NCBI GenBank assembly: GCA_965219085.1
Contig: OZ244720.1
Location: 1,280,001 to 1,344,000 of the forward strand
Reading direction: 5' to 3'
From: Dehalococcoidia bacterium
GTDB taxonomy: Bacteria > Chloroflexota > Dehalococcoidia > UBA2979
Length of the DNA stretch: 64,000 nucleotides
The notes beneath the pieces were generated by a model. It saw only the letters and a program-made list of their open reading frames with translations. It ran no database searches and had not been told where the DNA came from. This document shows, piece by piece, positions 9,616 through 20,507 of this stretch. The first letter of the stretch is position 1, and every line of letters begins with the position of its first letter. Made by a program: the position numbers and the translations under genes.

Positions 9616-9801
9616 GTGGCGGACGACGACTGGGAGTACTCAACAGAGGGCGAACTCGACCCGGATCTGACCGAGGAGTCAGGGTACGCGTATTGGGATC
9701 CACCAACCCGCCGGTTCTGGACTCCGACGGTGCTGCGCATTGGCGCCGCCTTGTTGATCGCCTTACTCGTTGGCGGAATCGTCCTCGCCGTCATCAACTG
9801 A
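9616..9801 (+). CDS. Small single-pass membrane protein
   Basis: Acidic N-terminus then a TM segment; GTG start after AGGGA. Confidence 0.55.
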   Translation: MADDDWEYSTEGELDPDLTEESGYAYWDPPTRRFWTPTVLRIGAALLIALLVGGIVLAVIN

Positions 9802-9933
9802 CGAATCGGAGCCGTACTCGATCGCCTCGCCGTTGTCGCCGCCAATGACGCCGAGCTTGCGGAGCGCGAACGCGGCCGCACCCGCCGCCGCGGCCAGCAC
9901 GATGAGCATGCGTAGCAGTCCTCGAACCGGCAC
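9763..9933 (-). CDS. Small membrane-anchored protein
   Basis: Hydrophobic N-terminus, acidic tail, GGAGAGG upstream of GTG. Confidence 0.5.
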   Translation of the reverse strand: MPVRGLLRMLIVLAAAAGAAAFALRKLGVIGGDNGEAIEYGSDSSVDDGEDDSANE

Positions 9934-10033
9934 GGTGTAGCCTCTCCCGCCGCTGTGGAGCGAGGGCAGGCCCCGCGCCTCGCGCATTGTCGCAGCACGC
10001 GCCGACGCATGCCACTCGCGCCGATGTTCGTTT

Positions 10034-11404
10034 GTGATCGCGCGTGTCGCTGCCGCGCGCTGTTGTGGTACGTTTGATCTGCGGCGGGTAGCAAGAGAGG
10101 CGATCTTGCGCGCCCTGCTTCGCACGTTGACCCCGATCCTGATGATCGCCCTCGGCGGTTTCGTCATTGCGCAGGCCGAGGCCACGCCGAGCCGCGCGAT
10201 CACGACCTCGACACCGCCCGCTCAGGATGTCGTAGCCCTGCCGACCACGCCCGAACCCGCACCGCCCGTGGCGGTGCAGTCCGACCCGGACCCCGCGCCG
10301 CCGGACATCACCGGCGACCTGTATGACCCGCTCGATCCGCTCCTCGGCGCCGCGTACGGCACGGACACGCCCAACGACGCACCGCCGACCTCTGCGGCGC
10401 TCCGACCGACCACCACCTCGGCAGACGGGACCGATCCCCCTGCAACCGCTTCGAGCTTCACGATCGAGGGCTACGACCTCCTCGAGGTGCTGCTGCGCAT
10501 CACCGGCACCCTGACCACCACCCCCCCGACGGCCGGGGAGCCGCCGGCCGCTGCGACCACCACCACCGCGACGCGCCCGATCGCGGTCTCACCGGGCGCG
10601 CAGACCACACCAGGGACCGGGCCGCTCCAGCCGTCGGTGTTCGAGCGCGCGCAGATCGTGTCGTTCTACGGCTACCCGGGGGTCGGGACGATGGGTGAAC
10701 TCGGACTGCACACACCGTCCGGCGCGGCGGCGGCCGTCGCACGCGTCGCCGCCGAGTACGACGCGCTCAACGGCCCGCGCGAGGTGATGCCCGCGCTCCA
10801 CCTCATCGTCGCCGTCGCGCAGCGCCACCCCGGCAACAGCGGGTTCTATCTCCAGCGTATGAGCGACGAGCGACTCAGCGAGTACGTCGAGGCCGCGCGC
10901 GCGGCCAACATCCTGCTCTTCGTCGACGTGCAAATCGGGTGGTCCGACGCGCTGACGGAGGTCAAGGTGCTGGAGGACGTACTGTGCGAGCCCTTCGTCC
11001 ACCTCGCGCTCGACCCGGAGTTCGCCACGAAGAGCACGGGCGACGCGCCGGGCGTGGCCATCGGCGTGCTCGACGCCGCCGATGTGAACGCGGTGCAGCA
11101 CTACCTCGCGGGGCTCGTGCGCGATCACGATCTGCCGCCGAAGGTGCTGGTGCTGCACCAGTTCCTGAAGGGGATGCTCACAGGGGTCGACCAATACGAC
11201 GACGTGGCCGCAGTCGACGTGACCATCGACATGGATGGGTTCGGCAGCCCCGCCGTGAAGCTGACCAAGTACGACCTGTACGCCACCGCCGACTACGCCG
11301 AGCGGGCGGCCATCAAGCTGTTCTACCACTGGGACGCGCCGCTCATGACGCCGGGGCGCCTGCTGTCCCTGGACAACCCGCCGGACCTCGTGATCTACCA
11401 GTAA
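10034..11404 (+). CDS. Exported protein: Pro/Thr linker plus conserved uncharacterised domain
   Basis: Signal-like segment; FYGYP...MGELG, DVQIG, HLALDPEF, LHQF, DMDGFG, KLFY motifs; start uncertain. Confidence 0.8.
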   Translation: MIARVAAARCCGTFDLRRVAREAILRALLRTLTPILMIALGGFVIAQAEATPSRAITTSTPPAQDVVALPTTPEPAPPVAVQSDPDPAPPDITGDLYDPLDPLLGAAYGTDTPNDAPPTSAALRPTTTSADGTDPPATASSFTIEGYDLLEVLLRITGTLTTTPPTAGEPPAAATTTTATRPIAVSPGAQTTPGTGPLQPSVFERAQIVSFYGYPGVGTMGELGLHTPSGAAAAVARVAAEYDALNGPREVMPALHLIVAVAQRHPGNSGFYLQRMSDERLSEYVEAARAANILLFVDVQIGWSDALTEVKVLEDVLCEPFVHLALDPEFATKSTGDAPGVAIGVLDAADVNAVQHYLAGLVRDHDLPPKVLVLHQFLKGMLTGVDQYDDVAAVDVTIDMDGFGSPAVKLTKYDLYATADYAERAAIKLFYHWDAPLMTPGRLLSLDNPPDLVIYQ

Positions 11405-11482
11405 GGCTCGCTCGCGGTAGGCTGACAGCCGGGCTCCGCGTGTCCCCACGCGTCACCCGGCCGGGGAGAGGTGTGCCGAGCG

Positions 11483-12976
11483 ATGGAGAACGGCGCCGCT
11501 CCGCTCGCCGTGATCGACGTCGGCTCCAACTCCGTCCGCCTCCTCATCGCCAGGCCGCTGCCGGGCGGCCACCTCGACATCCTCGACGACGCCCGCGCGA
11601 CGCTGCGCCTCGCGCGCGTGGTCGACGCGCACGGCGCGATCCCACCCGACGTGATGGAGCAGACGCTCGACGCCATCGGCGACTTTGTCCGCCTCGCCTC
11701 GCACGCCGGGGCCGAGTCCGTCCGCGCGGTCGGTACCGCGGCGCTCCGTGACGCCGCCAACACCGACGCACTGACCAGGGAGCTGCGCGCCCGCTGGGGC
11801 GTCAAGCTCGAGGTGCTGAGCGGCAGTGATGAAGTGCGCCTCGCCAGCCTCGGCGCCGTGTTCGGGCTGCCCATCACCGACGGGCTCCTGCTCGACCTCG
11901 GCGGCGGCAGCCTGCTGTTGGCGCGCATCGAGGACCGCAAGCCGGTGAAGACGTGGTCGTTCCCGTTCGGCACGTTGCGGGTGACCGACCGCTTTCTCTC
12001 CGCGGACCCGCCCGACGAGGAGGCGATGACGGCGCTGCGACGCCACGTCCGCCGCGAGCTGCGCGCCGCCGGCGTGCCCCGGCTCGGCAAGGGCGAGGTG
12101 CTGGTCGGCACGGGCGGGACCGTGCGCAACCTCGCGAACGTGAGCCGACGCCGGCAGCGCTACCCGATCTCGCGTCTGCACGGCCACTCGATCACGATCC
12201 GCAGGCTGCACCGGCTCACGCGCCTGCTGGCGCGGATGTCGCTCAAGGAGCGTCGTGGCGTGCGCGGCCTGAACGCGGACCGCGCCGGGATCATCGCGGC
12301 CGGAGCGCTCGTAGTGGACGCCGTGGCCGCCCACACCCACACCGACGCCGTGCTCGTCGCCGGGCAGGGACTGCGCGAAGGCATCGCGCGGTCGCAGTTC
12401 GTCAACGAGCTGCCACCTGCCAGCGAGGTGCGGCGTGGGTCCGTGGAGGTGTTCGCACAGCGGTTCGGCGACGCCGAGACGAACAGCGCGCACCATCGCG
12501 CCCGCCTCGCCGTCTCGCTCATCAAGCACCTCGATCCCGACGCGGGCGAGGAGGTGCACGAGACGGTCGAGTACGCGGCGATGCTGTACAACGCCGGCCT
12601 GCAAGTCGACTTCTACCGCCGCGCCGGCGCCACGACGGCCATCCTGCTGGACGCCAACCTCTCCGGCTTCTCGCAGAACCAGATCGCGCGCGTCGCCGCC
12701 GCCGCGCGGCTCGCGCGCCGCCCGACGTGGGAGGTGCGCACGCTGCGGCCGCTGCTGGCGCCGGAGGACGAAGCCGCGCTACACCGCGCGGGTGTCGTCG
12801 TCGCGCTGGCCGAGGAGCTGCGCCGCCGCTCCGGCCCCAAGGGCGTGCGTATGTCGACCAAGCGTGGCGACCTGCGCATCACGCTGCCCGGTACGACCAC
12901 GTGGAAGCCCGGCAACCTCGCCGAGCGCCTGCACGCAACCTTCGGCGTGGGACTACGCATCTCGGGCCGAGACTAG
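11483..12976 (+). CDS. ppx: Ppx/GppA exopolyphosphatase
   Basis: VIDVGSNSVR, GTAALRDA.N, DLGGGS, GTGGTVR, GLREG. Confidence 0.92.
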   Translation: MENGAAPLAVIDVGSNSVRLLIARPLPGGHLDILDDARATLRLARVVDAHGAIPPDVMEQTLDAIGDFVRLASHAGAESVRAVGTAALRDAANTDALTRELRARWGVKLEVLSGSDEVRLASLGAVFGLPITDGLLLDLGGGSLLLARIEDRKPVKTWSFPFGTLRVTDRFLSADPPDEEAMTALRRHVRRELRAAGVPRLGKGEVLVGTGGTVRNLANVSRRRQRYPISRLHGHSITIRRLHRLTRLLARMSLKERRGVRGLNADRAGIIAAGALVVDAVAAHTHTDAVLVAGQGLREGIARSQFVNELPPASEVRRGSVEVFAQRFGDAETNSAHHRARLAVSLIKHLDPDAGEEVHETVEYAAMLYNAGLQVDFYRRAGATTAILLDANLSGFSQNQIARVAAAARLARRPTWEVRTLRPLLAPEDEAALHRAGVVVALAEELRRRSGPKGVRMSTKRGDLRITLPGTTTWKPGNLAERLHATFGVGLRISGRD

Positions 12977-14553
12977 CGGTCGAGCGCCTCGCGCTCCACG
13001 ACGGCCCTGAAGCGCCGCCACTCGCGCCGCAGCCGTCCATGCGTCTCCGGGAACACCTCCGCGACCGAGCGCACCGCCTCGCGCTCGCGCTCGGCGAGCC
13101 GACCCATCGCGAGCACCGTAGAGGTTGGCAGCGACTCGTCCGTTGCCGTGCGTTCGAGGAGGTGAAGAGTGGTCACCGCGTCCTGGCGGCGTCCGAGCTC
13201 GTCCTGTGCCTGCTTCAGCGCAGCGACGAAGGGGCTTGTGGCCCCGCCGTACAGGCCGGCGGTGAACTCCGTCGCGTAGCGGATACGCTTCGCGCGGATG
13301 CGGGCGTCGTGGTAGTCGTCGTCCGGCGAGTCGGGACCGACCTGCCTCGCGACCCGGTTGAAGCGCCTCCAGTGCTTGCGCAGCAGGTCCGGCGCGGCAT
13401 GCACTCCAGGCGTTGCGCCGGCGGGCGTCACCGCTCCCGCGCGCAGCAGCGCCATCGTCACTTCAACGAGACGCGCGTGGCGCGGCGAGTCGAGCGCGTC
13501 GAGCATCCGGCCTCGCGCCCCCTCGCGCCGCGCCTCGAGCAGCTCGATGAGCGGCGTGAGGGACGACTCGTCGGGGCCGCCGCCGAGCGCGGCGGCCTCC
13601 TCGCGCAGCCACGCGATCTGCACGTCCAGGTCGCGCACCTCGCCCAGGGCGTCCGCCACCCACCCGAACTCGCGCCGCAGCGCACGCACCTCGGGCCGCA
13701 ACACCGGCGCGAATACGGCCAGCGCAGTGCGCATCCGCCGCGTTGCGACGCGCATGTCGTGCAGCGCCTCGATGTCCTCGCCGAGCCGCGTGCCGGGCTC
13801 GTTGGCGAGGAAGGCCGTGCACTGCCGCCGCAGCGCCGCGTATGCCACGGCTCCAAGCGTCCAGGTCGGCTCGACCCGAGACGGGCCAAGGTCGGGCAGC
13901 CCGGCCGGCGACCGTCCCGTCGCGGTGAGCCCGATCGCGAACTTCGACGTGGACGCCCGCTCGAACCCCTCGACGCTGCCGAGTGCCGCGGCGAGCTCCT
14001 CGACCGACGCGAGCGCGGCCGGGTCGGCAAGCTCCAGCTCGATCCGGCGCAGCGCGAGCGTCGAGCCGCCCGCGGTCTCCACCTCGGTCGCGTCGAGGGC
14101 GACCTCGGCGATGGGGCGTGCTGTGCCGTTGGAGTGGACGTCGAACGTGCGGCGCTCGGTGCGCAGCGAGAACAGCCCCGCAAGCTCGCCCGGTCCGACG
14201 ACAGCGCGTACGCGGCGCGCGACCGGCCCGGCCGACGCGAGCAGCGCGGCGTGGCCCGCGCGGGCGAGCGGCTCGTTGATCTCGCGGCGGCGGTACGGAC
14301 CGTCCGACTGGTCGCCGAACCCCTTCAGGGTCGCCTCGACCGTCCCGCCCGACTCGCGCAGCCGCAGCGCGAAGCTCGCGCGGTGGAACGCCCAGTCGGT
14401 GGTGTCGAGGTACTCGTCGAGGAGGACGCGCGTCTTCGACGGCGCGAGCGTCAGCCGCAGCGTGGCCGCGCACGCGCGCAGCGCACGCTCGGCCGCGGCG
14501 AGGTCATCCACGCCAAACTGCCACTCGACCTCAATGCCGTCTGTTGCCGGCAT
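12973..14553 (-). CDS. CYTH plus CHAD domain protein (polyphosphate-related)
   Basis: IEVEW, YLDT, ALRLR, IELEL (CYTH); LHDMRVATRRMR, LGEVRDLDV, HDARIRAKRIRY, QDELG..QD (CHAD). Confidence 0.92.
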   Translation of the reverse strand: MPATDGIEVEWQFGVDDLAAAERALRACAATLRLTLAPSKTRVLLDEYLDTTDWAFHRASFALRLRESGGTVEATLKGFGDQSDGPYRRREINEPLARAGHAALLASAGPVARRVRAVVGPGELAGLFSLRTERRTFDVHSNGTARPIAEVALDATEVETAGGSTLALRRIELELADPAALASVEELAAALGSVEGFERASTSKFAIGLTATGRSPAGLPDLGPSRVEPTWTLGAVAYAALRRQCTAFLANEPGTRLGEDIEALHDMRVATRRMRTALAVFAPVLRPEVRALRREFGWVADALGEVRDLDVQIAWLREEAAALGGGPDESSLTPLIELLEARREGARGRMLDALDSPRHARLVEVTMALLRAGAVTPAGATPGVHAAPDLLRKHWRRFNRVARQVGPDSPDDDYHDARIRAKRIRYATEFTAGLYGGATSPFVAALKQAQDELGRRQDAVTTLHLLERTATDESLPTSTVLAMGRLAEREREAVRSVAEVFPETHGRLRREWRRFRAVVEREALDR

Positions 14554-14712
14554 GCTGGGGATCTCCGGCCTGGTTACGTCACCAAGTCTACGGGGGCGCG
14601 TCGAGCGGCGGCGAACGACGCGCGAGGCGCCAGGCGAACTAACGAGGGCTTAGCTGAAGATGCTGTAGGCTCCTCGCTCGTGGGGAATCAGTTCCTGCCG
14701 ACCGGGTCGGAC

Positions 14713-15399
14713 ATGCGCGCCTACGCCGCAGAGGCGACGGGCACGTTCCTGCTCGTCTTCGCCGGGCCGGGCGCGGCGGTGATCAACGAGGTCTCCGGCG
14801 GCGCGGTCACACACCTCGGGGTCGGGCTCTCGTTCGGCCTCGCGGTGATGGCGGCGATCTTCGCTACGGGGCACATCTCCGGCGCGCACATCAACCCCGC
14901 CGTCACCCTCGCCTTCTCCGTCGCCGGGCACTTCCCGAAGCGGCACGTGCCGCCCTACATCGTCGCGCAGCTCCTCGGCGCGTCGGCGGCCGCGCTCGTG
15001 CTGCGCTGGCTGTTCGGCGTCGTCGCCGACCTCGGCTCGACCGTGCCGACGGGCGGCGCCGGGCAGGCGCTCGGCCTCGAGGTGGTCATCACGGCGTTCC
15101 TGATGTTCGTGATCATGGCCGTCGCCACCGACCTGCGCGCGGTGCGCGACCACGCCGCGCTCGCCATCGGCGGGTACGTGGGCCTGGCCGCGACGTTCTC
15201 CGGGCCCATCGCGGGGGCGTCGATGAACCCGGCGCGCTCGTTCGGTCCCGCGCTGCTCTCCGGGACGTGGGTCGACCACTGGGTGTACTGGGCCGGGCCC
15301 ATCGCCGGCGCGCTGCTCGGCGCGGCCGTCTACATGCTGATCCGCAGCGGCCACCCGCCGGCCGACGAGCACGACCTCGACGAACCCGCGGCCGGATGA
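14713..15399 (+). CDS. MIP-family channel (aquaporin/aquaglyceroporin, AqpS-like)
   Basis: SGAHINPAVT and GASMNPARSFGPA NPA motifs. Confidence 0.93.
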   Translation: MRAYAAEATGTFLLVFAGPGAAVINEVSGGAVTHLGVGLSFGLAVMAAIFATGHISGAHINPAVTLAFSVAGHFPKRHVPPYIVAQLLGASAAALVLRWLFGVVADLGSTVPTGGAGQALGLEVVITAFLMFVIMAVATDLRAVRDHAALAIGGYVGLAATFSGPIAGASMNPARSFGPALLSGTWVDHWVYWAGPIAGALLGAAVYMLIRSGHPPADEHDLDEPAAG

Positions 15400-15821
15400 C
15401 CACGCGCGTCCTCTTCGTCTGCACCGGCAACTCGGCGCGCTCACAGATCGCCGAGGCGCTGCTGCGCGAGCGCGGCGGCGACGCGTTCGAGGCGCACTCG
15501 GCCGGCACCGAGCCGGCCGGGCTCAACCCCCTCACCGTGCGCGTGCTCGCCGAGGACGGCATCGACGTGCGCGACGCCGAGTCCACCCACGTCGACGCGT
15601 ACGTGGGCGCGCCGTGGGACTACGTGATCACCGTCTGCGACCGCGCCCGCGAGTCCTGCCCCGTGTTCCCCCACGCCGGCGATCAGCTCCACTGGAGCCT
15701 CGAAGACCCTGCCGCCGCCGGGGGCGACGAGGCGCAGCGCCTCGATGCGTTCCGTGCCACGCGCGAGGAGGTGCGGGCGCGCATCGAGGCGTTCGTAGAC
15801 GAGGTCACCGCAGCCGGGTAG
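15396..15821 (+). CDS. arsC: Thioredoxin-coupled arsenate reductase (LMW-PTP fold)
   Basis: CTGNSARSQ P-loop, SAGTEP, TVCDRARESCP; ATGA overlap with the aquaporin. Confidence 0.9.
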   Translation: MTTRVLFVCTGNSARSQIAEALLRERGGDAFEAHSAGTEPAGLNPLTVRVLAEDGIDVRDAESTHVDAYVGAPWDYVITVCDRARESCPVFPHAGDQLHWSLEDPAAAGGDEAQRLDAFRATREEVRARIEAFVDEVTAAG

Positions 15822-15825
15822 GCGC

Positions 15826-16500
15826 TTAGTAGGTCGAGACGTCCATCTCGGTGAGCTCTCCGGTGACGGTGAACACCACGCGCTCGGCGATGTTCGTGGT
15901 GCGGTCGGCGATGCGCTCGAGGTTGTGCGAGACCCACAGCAGGTGCGTGCATGGCTCCACCGTCGTGGGGTCCGCGATCATGATCTGCACGAGGTCGTGG
16001 TAGACGCGGTCCTGTAGCTCGTCGACGCCGTCGTCGGCCTCGCCCACGCGGTGCGCGGCTTCGACGTCGCGCTCCACGAACGCGTCGAGGGAGTTGCCGA
16101 GCATCGCGCGGGCGCGCACCGCCATCTCCGGGATGTCGACCAGCGGCTTCACCAGCGGCTCGTTCGACATCATCTGCACGATCGCGCCGATGCCCTTCGC
16201 GTGGTCGCCCATGCGCTCGAGGTCGATGTTGATCGAGAGGACGGAGATGACGACGCGCAGATCGACGGCCATCGGCGCCTGCTGGGCGAGCAGGGTCAGC
16301 GCCTGCTGGTCGATCTCGTAGCGCGTGCGGTTGACCTCGGCGTCGTCGCGAATCACCGCGTCGGCGAGCACGGTGTCGCGCTCGACGAGCGCCTGCATCG
16401 CGCGCTCGATCTGCCGGTCCACCATCGAGCCCATCTCGATGACGCGATCCTGGAGGTGGACCAGGTCGGTTCGGAAGTGTTCACGCGGCATGCGGACCAT
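15826..16500 (-). CDS. phoU: Phosphate signalling protein PhoU
   Basis: P.AVDLR, DLERMGDHA, LERIADRTTNIAE. Confidence 0.95.
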   Translation of the reverse strand: MVRMPREHFRTDLVHLQDRVIEMGSMVDRQIERAMQALVERDTVLADAVIRDDAEVNRTRYEIDQQALTLLAQQAPMAVDLRVVISVLSINIDLERMGDHAKGIGAIVQMMSNEPLVKPLVDIPEMAVRARAMLGNSLDAFVERDVEAAHRVGEADDGVDELQDRVYHDLVQIMIADPTTVEPCTHLLWVSHNLERIADRTTNIAERVVFTVTGELTEMDVSTY

Positions 16501-16575
16501 GATTCAGGGTAACCACTTCTGCAAGGCCTGCTCGCCTCCGCCCGGGGAGGGCGCCGAGCCGGACATCGCTCGGGG

Positions 16576-17457
16576 CTAGCCGAAACGACCGGTGATGTAC
16601 TGCTCGGTCCGCTCGTCGTGCGGGTTGAGGAAGATCTGGTCGGTGTCCTCGAACTCGACAAGGCGACCGACCAGGTCGTCACCCGCAAGCAGGAACGCGG
16701 TGCGGTGCGAGACGCGCGCTGCCTGCTGCATGTTGTGCGTCACGACGACGATCGTGTAGTCGCTCGCGAGGTCCTCCATGAGGTCCTCGATGCGCTGGGT
16801 CGCGATCGGGTCGAGCGCGGAGCACGGCTCGTCCATGAGCACGATCTCCGGGTTGACCGCGATCGCCCGCGCGATGCACAGCCGCTGCTGCTGACCGCCC
16901 GAGAGCGCGAGGCCGGACTTCTTGAGGTCGTCCTTGACCTCGTCCCAGAGCGCCGCGCGCCGCAGCGACTCCTCGACCAGGCCGTCCAGGTCGCCCTTGA
17001 AGCCGTTGATCCGGGCTCCGAACGCGACGTTGTCGTAGATCGACTTCGGGAACGGGTTGGGGCGCTGGAAGACCATCCCGACCACGCGCCGCACGTCCGG
17101 GGGGTCGACCTCCGGCCCGTATACGTCCTGGCCGTCGATAGTGACCTCGCCCTCGATGGTCACGCCATCGATGAGGTCGTTCATGCGGTTGATGCAGCGC
17201 AGGAGCGTGCTCTTGCCGCAGCCCGAGGGGCCGATCAGCGCCGTCACGCGGTTGCGCGGGATGTCGAGCGATACATTCCCCAGCGCCTGGTGCGAGCCGT
17301 ACCAGACGCTGAGGTTGCGAATCTCGACCGCCGGCATGGCCGTCGCGCCGTCCTCAACGCCCTTCGGCTGGAACGTCACGCCCGCCGTGGCCGCTCCGAC
17401 GCCACTCGCGGTCGGAGTCGCAGTCTGTTCAGTTCCGTCCGTCACGCTATCGACCAT
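16576..17457 (-). CDS. pstB: Phosphate ABC transporter ATPase
   Basis: [44 protein letters not shown]. Confidence 0.97.
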   Translation of the reverse strand: MVDSVTDGTEQTATPTASGVGAATAGVTFQPKGVEDGATAMPAVEIRNLSVWYGSHQALGNVSLDIPRNRVTALIGPSGCGKSTLLRCINRMNDLIDGVTIEGEVTIDGQDVYGPEVDPPDVRRVVGMVFQRPNPFPKSIYDNVAFGARINGFKGDLDGLVEESLRRAALWDEVKDDLKKSGLALSGGQQQRLCIARAIAVNPEIVLMDEPCSALDPIATQRIEDLMEDLASDYTIVVVTHNMQQAARVSHRTAFLLAGDDLVGRLVEFEDTDQIFLNPHDERTEQYITGRFG

Positions 17458-17492
17458 CCTTCACCGCCTTCTGCAGTGTCACGTGCATTGCA

Positions 17493-18416
17493 TCAGCGCC
17501 CATAGCGGCGTCCTGTCCACTGCCGCAGGAACACGGCGAGTGCGTTCATCGAGAGCAGCACGACCAGCAGCACGATGATTCCCGTCGCGGCGAGGTCGTG
17601 GAAGTCGGCCTGTGGCCGGCTCACCCAGTTGTAGATCTGGATCGGCATGACCGTGAACGGGTCGAGTGGGGTCTCGGGCCGGAAGGCCACGAACGTCAGC
17701 GCCCCAATCATGATCAGCGGCGCCGTCTCGCCGATCGCGCGCGAGAGCGCGAGGATCGTGCCCGTCATGATGCCGGGGAACGCCTGCGGCAGCACGTGGT
17801 GCCAGACCGTCTGCCAGCGCGTCGCGCCGACGCCGTACGACGCCTCGCGCAGCGACGGCGGCACGGCCTTGATCGACTCCTGCGCCGCCACGATCACGAT
17901 CGGCAGGATGAGCAGCGCCATCGTCGCGGCTCCGGCGAGGATCGAGCGGCCGAGGCCGCCGCCCACGCTCGGGCCGATGCCGATGGTGCCTCGCACGAAG
18001 ATCTGGAGCCCGAGCAGCCCGAACACGATCGACGGCACCCCGGCGAGGTTTGAGATGTTGACCTGGATGATCCGCGTGACGACGTTCTTCGATGCGTACT
18101 CCTCCAGGTAGATCGCCGCGCCCACGCCGATCGGGAAGGCGAGGACCGCCGTCGTGCCGATGAGCCAGAGGCTGCCCCACAGCGCGGACTGGAAGCCGGC
18201 CCGCTCGGGGAAGCGCGACGGGAAGTTCTGCAGGAACTCCCAGCGCAGGAAGTGGTTGCCGTCCGTCCACACATCGAAGAGCAGGAACGCCAGGAAGACG
18301 ATGCCGACGATCGTCCCGGCCATGCAGAGAGCGAGGAACCCGCTGCCGACAGTCTGCCGGAATGACAGCCGCGGGACATAGCTGTCGCCGGTCGCGGTCG
18401 TGTTTCCGGCGGCCAC
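17493..18416 (-). CDS. pstA: Phosphate ABC transporter permease
   Basis: [22 protein letters not shown]. Confidence 0.95.
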   Translation of the reverse strand: MAAGNTTATGDSYVPRLSFRQTVGSGFLALCMAGTIVGIVFLAFLLFDVWTDGNHFLRWEFLQNFPSRFPERAGFQSALWGSLWLIGTTAVLAFPIGVGAAIYLEEYASKNVVTRIIQVNISNLAGVPSIVFGLLGLQIFVRGTIGIGPSVGGGLGRSILAGAATMALLILPIVIVAAQESIKAVPPSLREASYGVGATRWQTVWHHVLPQAFPGIMTGTILALSRAIGETAPLIMIGALTFVAFRPETPLDPFTVMPIQIYNWVSRPQADFHDLAATGIIVLLVVLLSMNALAVFLRQWTGRRYGR

Positions 18417-19351
18417 TAGTCGTAGACCTCCCGGAAGCGCGCGGTGACCCGGGCTGCGATGACGTTCATGACCAGCGTCATCACGAAGAGCGTCAGCGCC
18501 ACCGCGAAGATCGTCCGGAACTCAATCGTCCCGTGCGGCGTATCGCCGAGCGAGACCTGCACGATGAACGCCGTCATCGTCTGGATCGACTCCAGCGGGT
18601 TCCACGTCAGGTTCGGCGTCGACCCCGCGGCGATGGTGACCGCCATGGTCTCGCCGACCGCGCGCGAGGCGGCGAGGATATACGAGGCGATGACGCCGCT
18701 CAGTGCCGCCGGGTAGACGACGCGCGTGGTCACCTCGAACTTCGTCGAGCCGACGGCGTAGGCGGCCTCGCGCAGGTCCTGCGGCACCGCGTGCAGCGCG
18801 TCGTCGGAGAGCGAGGAGACCATCGGGATGGTCATGATGCCGACGACGATCATGGCGGCCGCGGCGTTGAAGATCGTCGGCTCAGCGAACGTGTCGAGGA
18901 ACGGCGTGACGGCGGTGAGGGCGAAGTAGCCGTACACCACCGTCGGGATGCCCGCGAGGATCTCGAGGATCGGCTTCAGCACCGCGCGCACGCCGGGGCG
19001 GGCGAACTCCGAGAGGTAGATCGCCGTCACGCTGCCGATCGGCACGGAAATCAGCGAGGCGCCGATGGCCACCATCAGCGTGCCGCCGATGAGCGGCAGC
19101 ACGCCGAATGCCTGGTTCGTGTACAGCGGGGTCCACTTCGTGCCCGTGAAGAACTCCCACGGGGAGACGTCACCGAAGAACTGCAACCCCTCGATCACGA
19201 GGATGGCGACGATGCCCATCGTCGTCAGCACGGTAATCGCCGCGCACAGGAACAGCGCGTAGCCGATTGCCTGTTCCAACAGCCGGCGGCCACGCCGGCG
19301 CTGGAACAGCGCCGCCTGCGGCCCGCCTGCTGCTGCCGGTCCGGCAGCCAT
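18416..19351 (-). CDS. pstC: Phosphate ABC transporter permease
   Basis: [21 protein letters not shown]. Confidence 0.95.
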   Translation of the reverse strand: MAAGPAAAGGPQAALFQRRRGRRLLEQAIGYALFLCAAITVLTTMGIVAILVIEGLQFFGDVSPWEFFTGTKWTPLYTNQAFGVLPLIGGTLMVAIGASLISVPIGSVTAIYLSEFARPGVRAVLKPILEILAGIPTVVYGYFALTAVTPFLDTFAEPTIFNAAAAMIVVGIMTIPMVSSLSDDALHAVPQDLREAAYAVGSTKFEVTTRVVYPAALSGVIASYILAASRAVGETMAVTIAAGSTPNLTWNPLESIQTMTAFIVQVSLGDTPHGTIEFRTIFAVALTLFVMTLVMNVIAARVTARFREVYD

Positions 19352-19381
19352 CAGTCGCGTTCTCCTCGCTCGCGTCCGCCC

Positions 19382-20362
19382 CTAGCCGCCGATGGCGGCT
19401 TCGAGGCTGGCGCGGGACTCGGCCAGTTCACTGCCCACGATGGGGGTGTAGCCAACGTCGGACACGAGGGCGATCCCCTCGTCGCTGAGGAAGAACCGCA
19501 CGAACTCGCGCACCTGCGGCTTCTCGGCCAGCGATGCGGTGTTCACGTAGATGAACAGCGGCCGCGCCAACGGATAGCTGCCGCCCGCGACCGTCTCGTC
19601 CGACGGAATCACGCAGCCCTCGCCGCCGTCGACCGCGACGACCTTCAGCTTGTCCTGGTTCTCCGTGTAGTAGGCGTACCCGAAGTAGCCCGCTGCGTGG
19701 TCCGTGCCGGAGATGCCGGTCACCAGCACGTTGTCGTCCGTCGAGTTGGTGTAGTCGGCGCGCGACGCGCCGCCCTCGCCGTTCACTTCCTCGGTGAAGA
19801 AGTCGAACGTGCCGGAGTCGGTGTCGGGGCCGAACAGCGTGACCTGCTCGCTCGGCCAGCTCGAGCGGACCTGGTTCCAGGAGGTCACGCTGCCCTCGGA
19901 GTCGGGGCTCCACAGCGTGCTCAGTTCGTCCATCGTGATGCACTCGACGAAGTCGGCCTCGGGGTGCGCCACCACGGCCAGACCGTCGAGGCCGACGCGC
20001 AGCGGCAGGTACTCGATGCCCGCCTCGGCGCAGGCTTCCACTTCGCTGTCCTTGATGGGGCGCGAGGCGTCGGAGATGTCCGTCTCGCCGCTACAGAACT
20101 TCTGGAAGCCGCCGCCGGTGCCGGAGACGCCGACCGTCACGCGCACGTCCGGCGCGACGGAGCGGAACTCCTCGGCGACCGCCTCGGTCACCGGGAACAC
20201 CGTGCTCGAACCGTCGATGGCGACCGAGCCGGAGAGCTTCTCTTCCGCTGGAGCCTGCGTGGTCGGACCGTCATCGTCACCGCCGCACGCCACGACCAAT
20301 AGCGTCGCGGCCACGACCAGCCCTGCGAGGGAGAACAGTCCCCGCGCGCGCTTCCAATCCAT
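19382..20362 (-). CDS. pstS: Phosphate-binding lipoprotein
   Basis: Lipobox VVAC, IDGSSTVFP, SGTGGGF, DSGTFDFF, YPLARPLFIY. Confidence 0.95.
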   Translation of the reverse strand: MDWKRARGLFSLAGLVVAATLLVVACGGDDDGPTTQAPAEEKLSGSVAIDGSSTVFPVTEAVAEEFRSVAPDVRVTVGVSGTGGGFQKFCSGETDISDASRPIKDSEVEACAEAGIEYLPLRVGLDGLAVVAHPEADFVECITMDELSTLWSPDSEGSVTSWNQVRSSWPSEQVTLFGPDTDSGTFDFFTEEVNGEGGASRADYTNSTDDNVLVTGISGTDHAAGYFGYAYYTENQDKLKVVAVDGGEGCVIPSDETVAGGSYPLARPLFIYVNTASLAEKPQVREFVRFFLSDEGIALVSDVGYTPIVGSELAESRASLEAAIGG

Positions 20363-20473
20363 CAGCGTGTCACCTTCCACCAGGCGCGTTCATGCGCCCG
20401 CCGGCTGCGCGGTGGCGTGCCCCTGCTCGCCTGATCGTCGAGATTCCGCCATATGGCGATGCTCAGACGCTGG

Positions 20474-20492
20474 AGTTAAGGCGCGATTAACG
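20474..20492 (-). promoter_or_regulatory. Putative Pho-box-like direct repeat upstream of pstS
   Basis: TTAA at 20476-20479 and 20487-20490 (11-bp period) in very GC-rich DNA. Confidence 0.45.
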
Positions 20493-20507
20493 TGAGACGC
20501 GGGCCGG

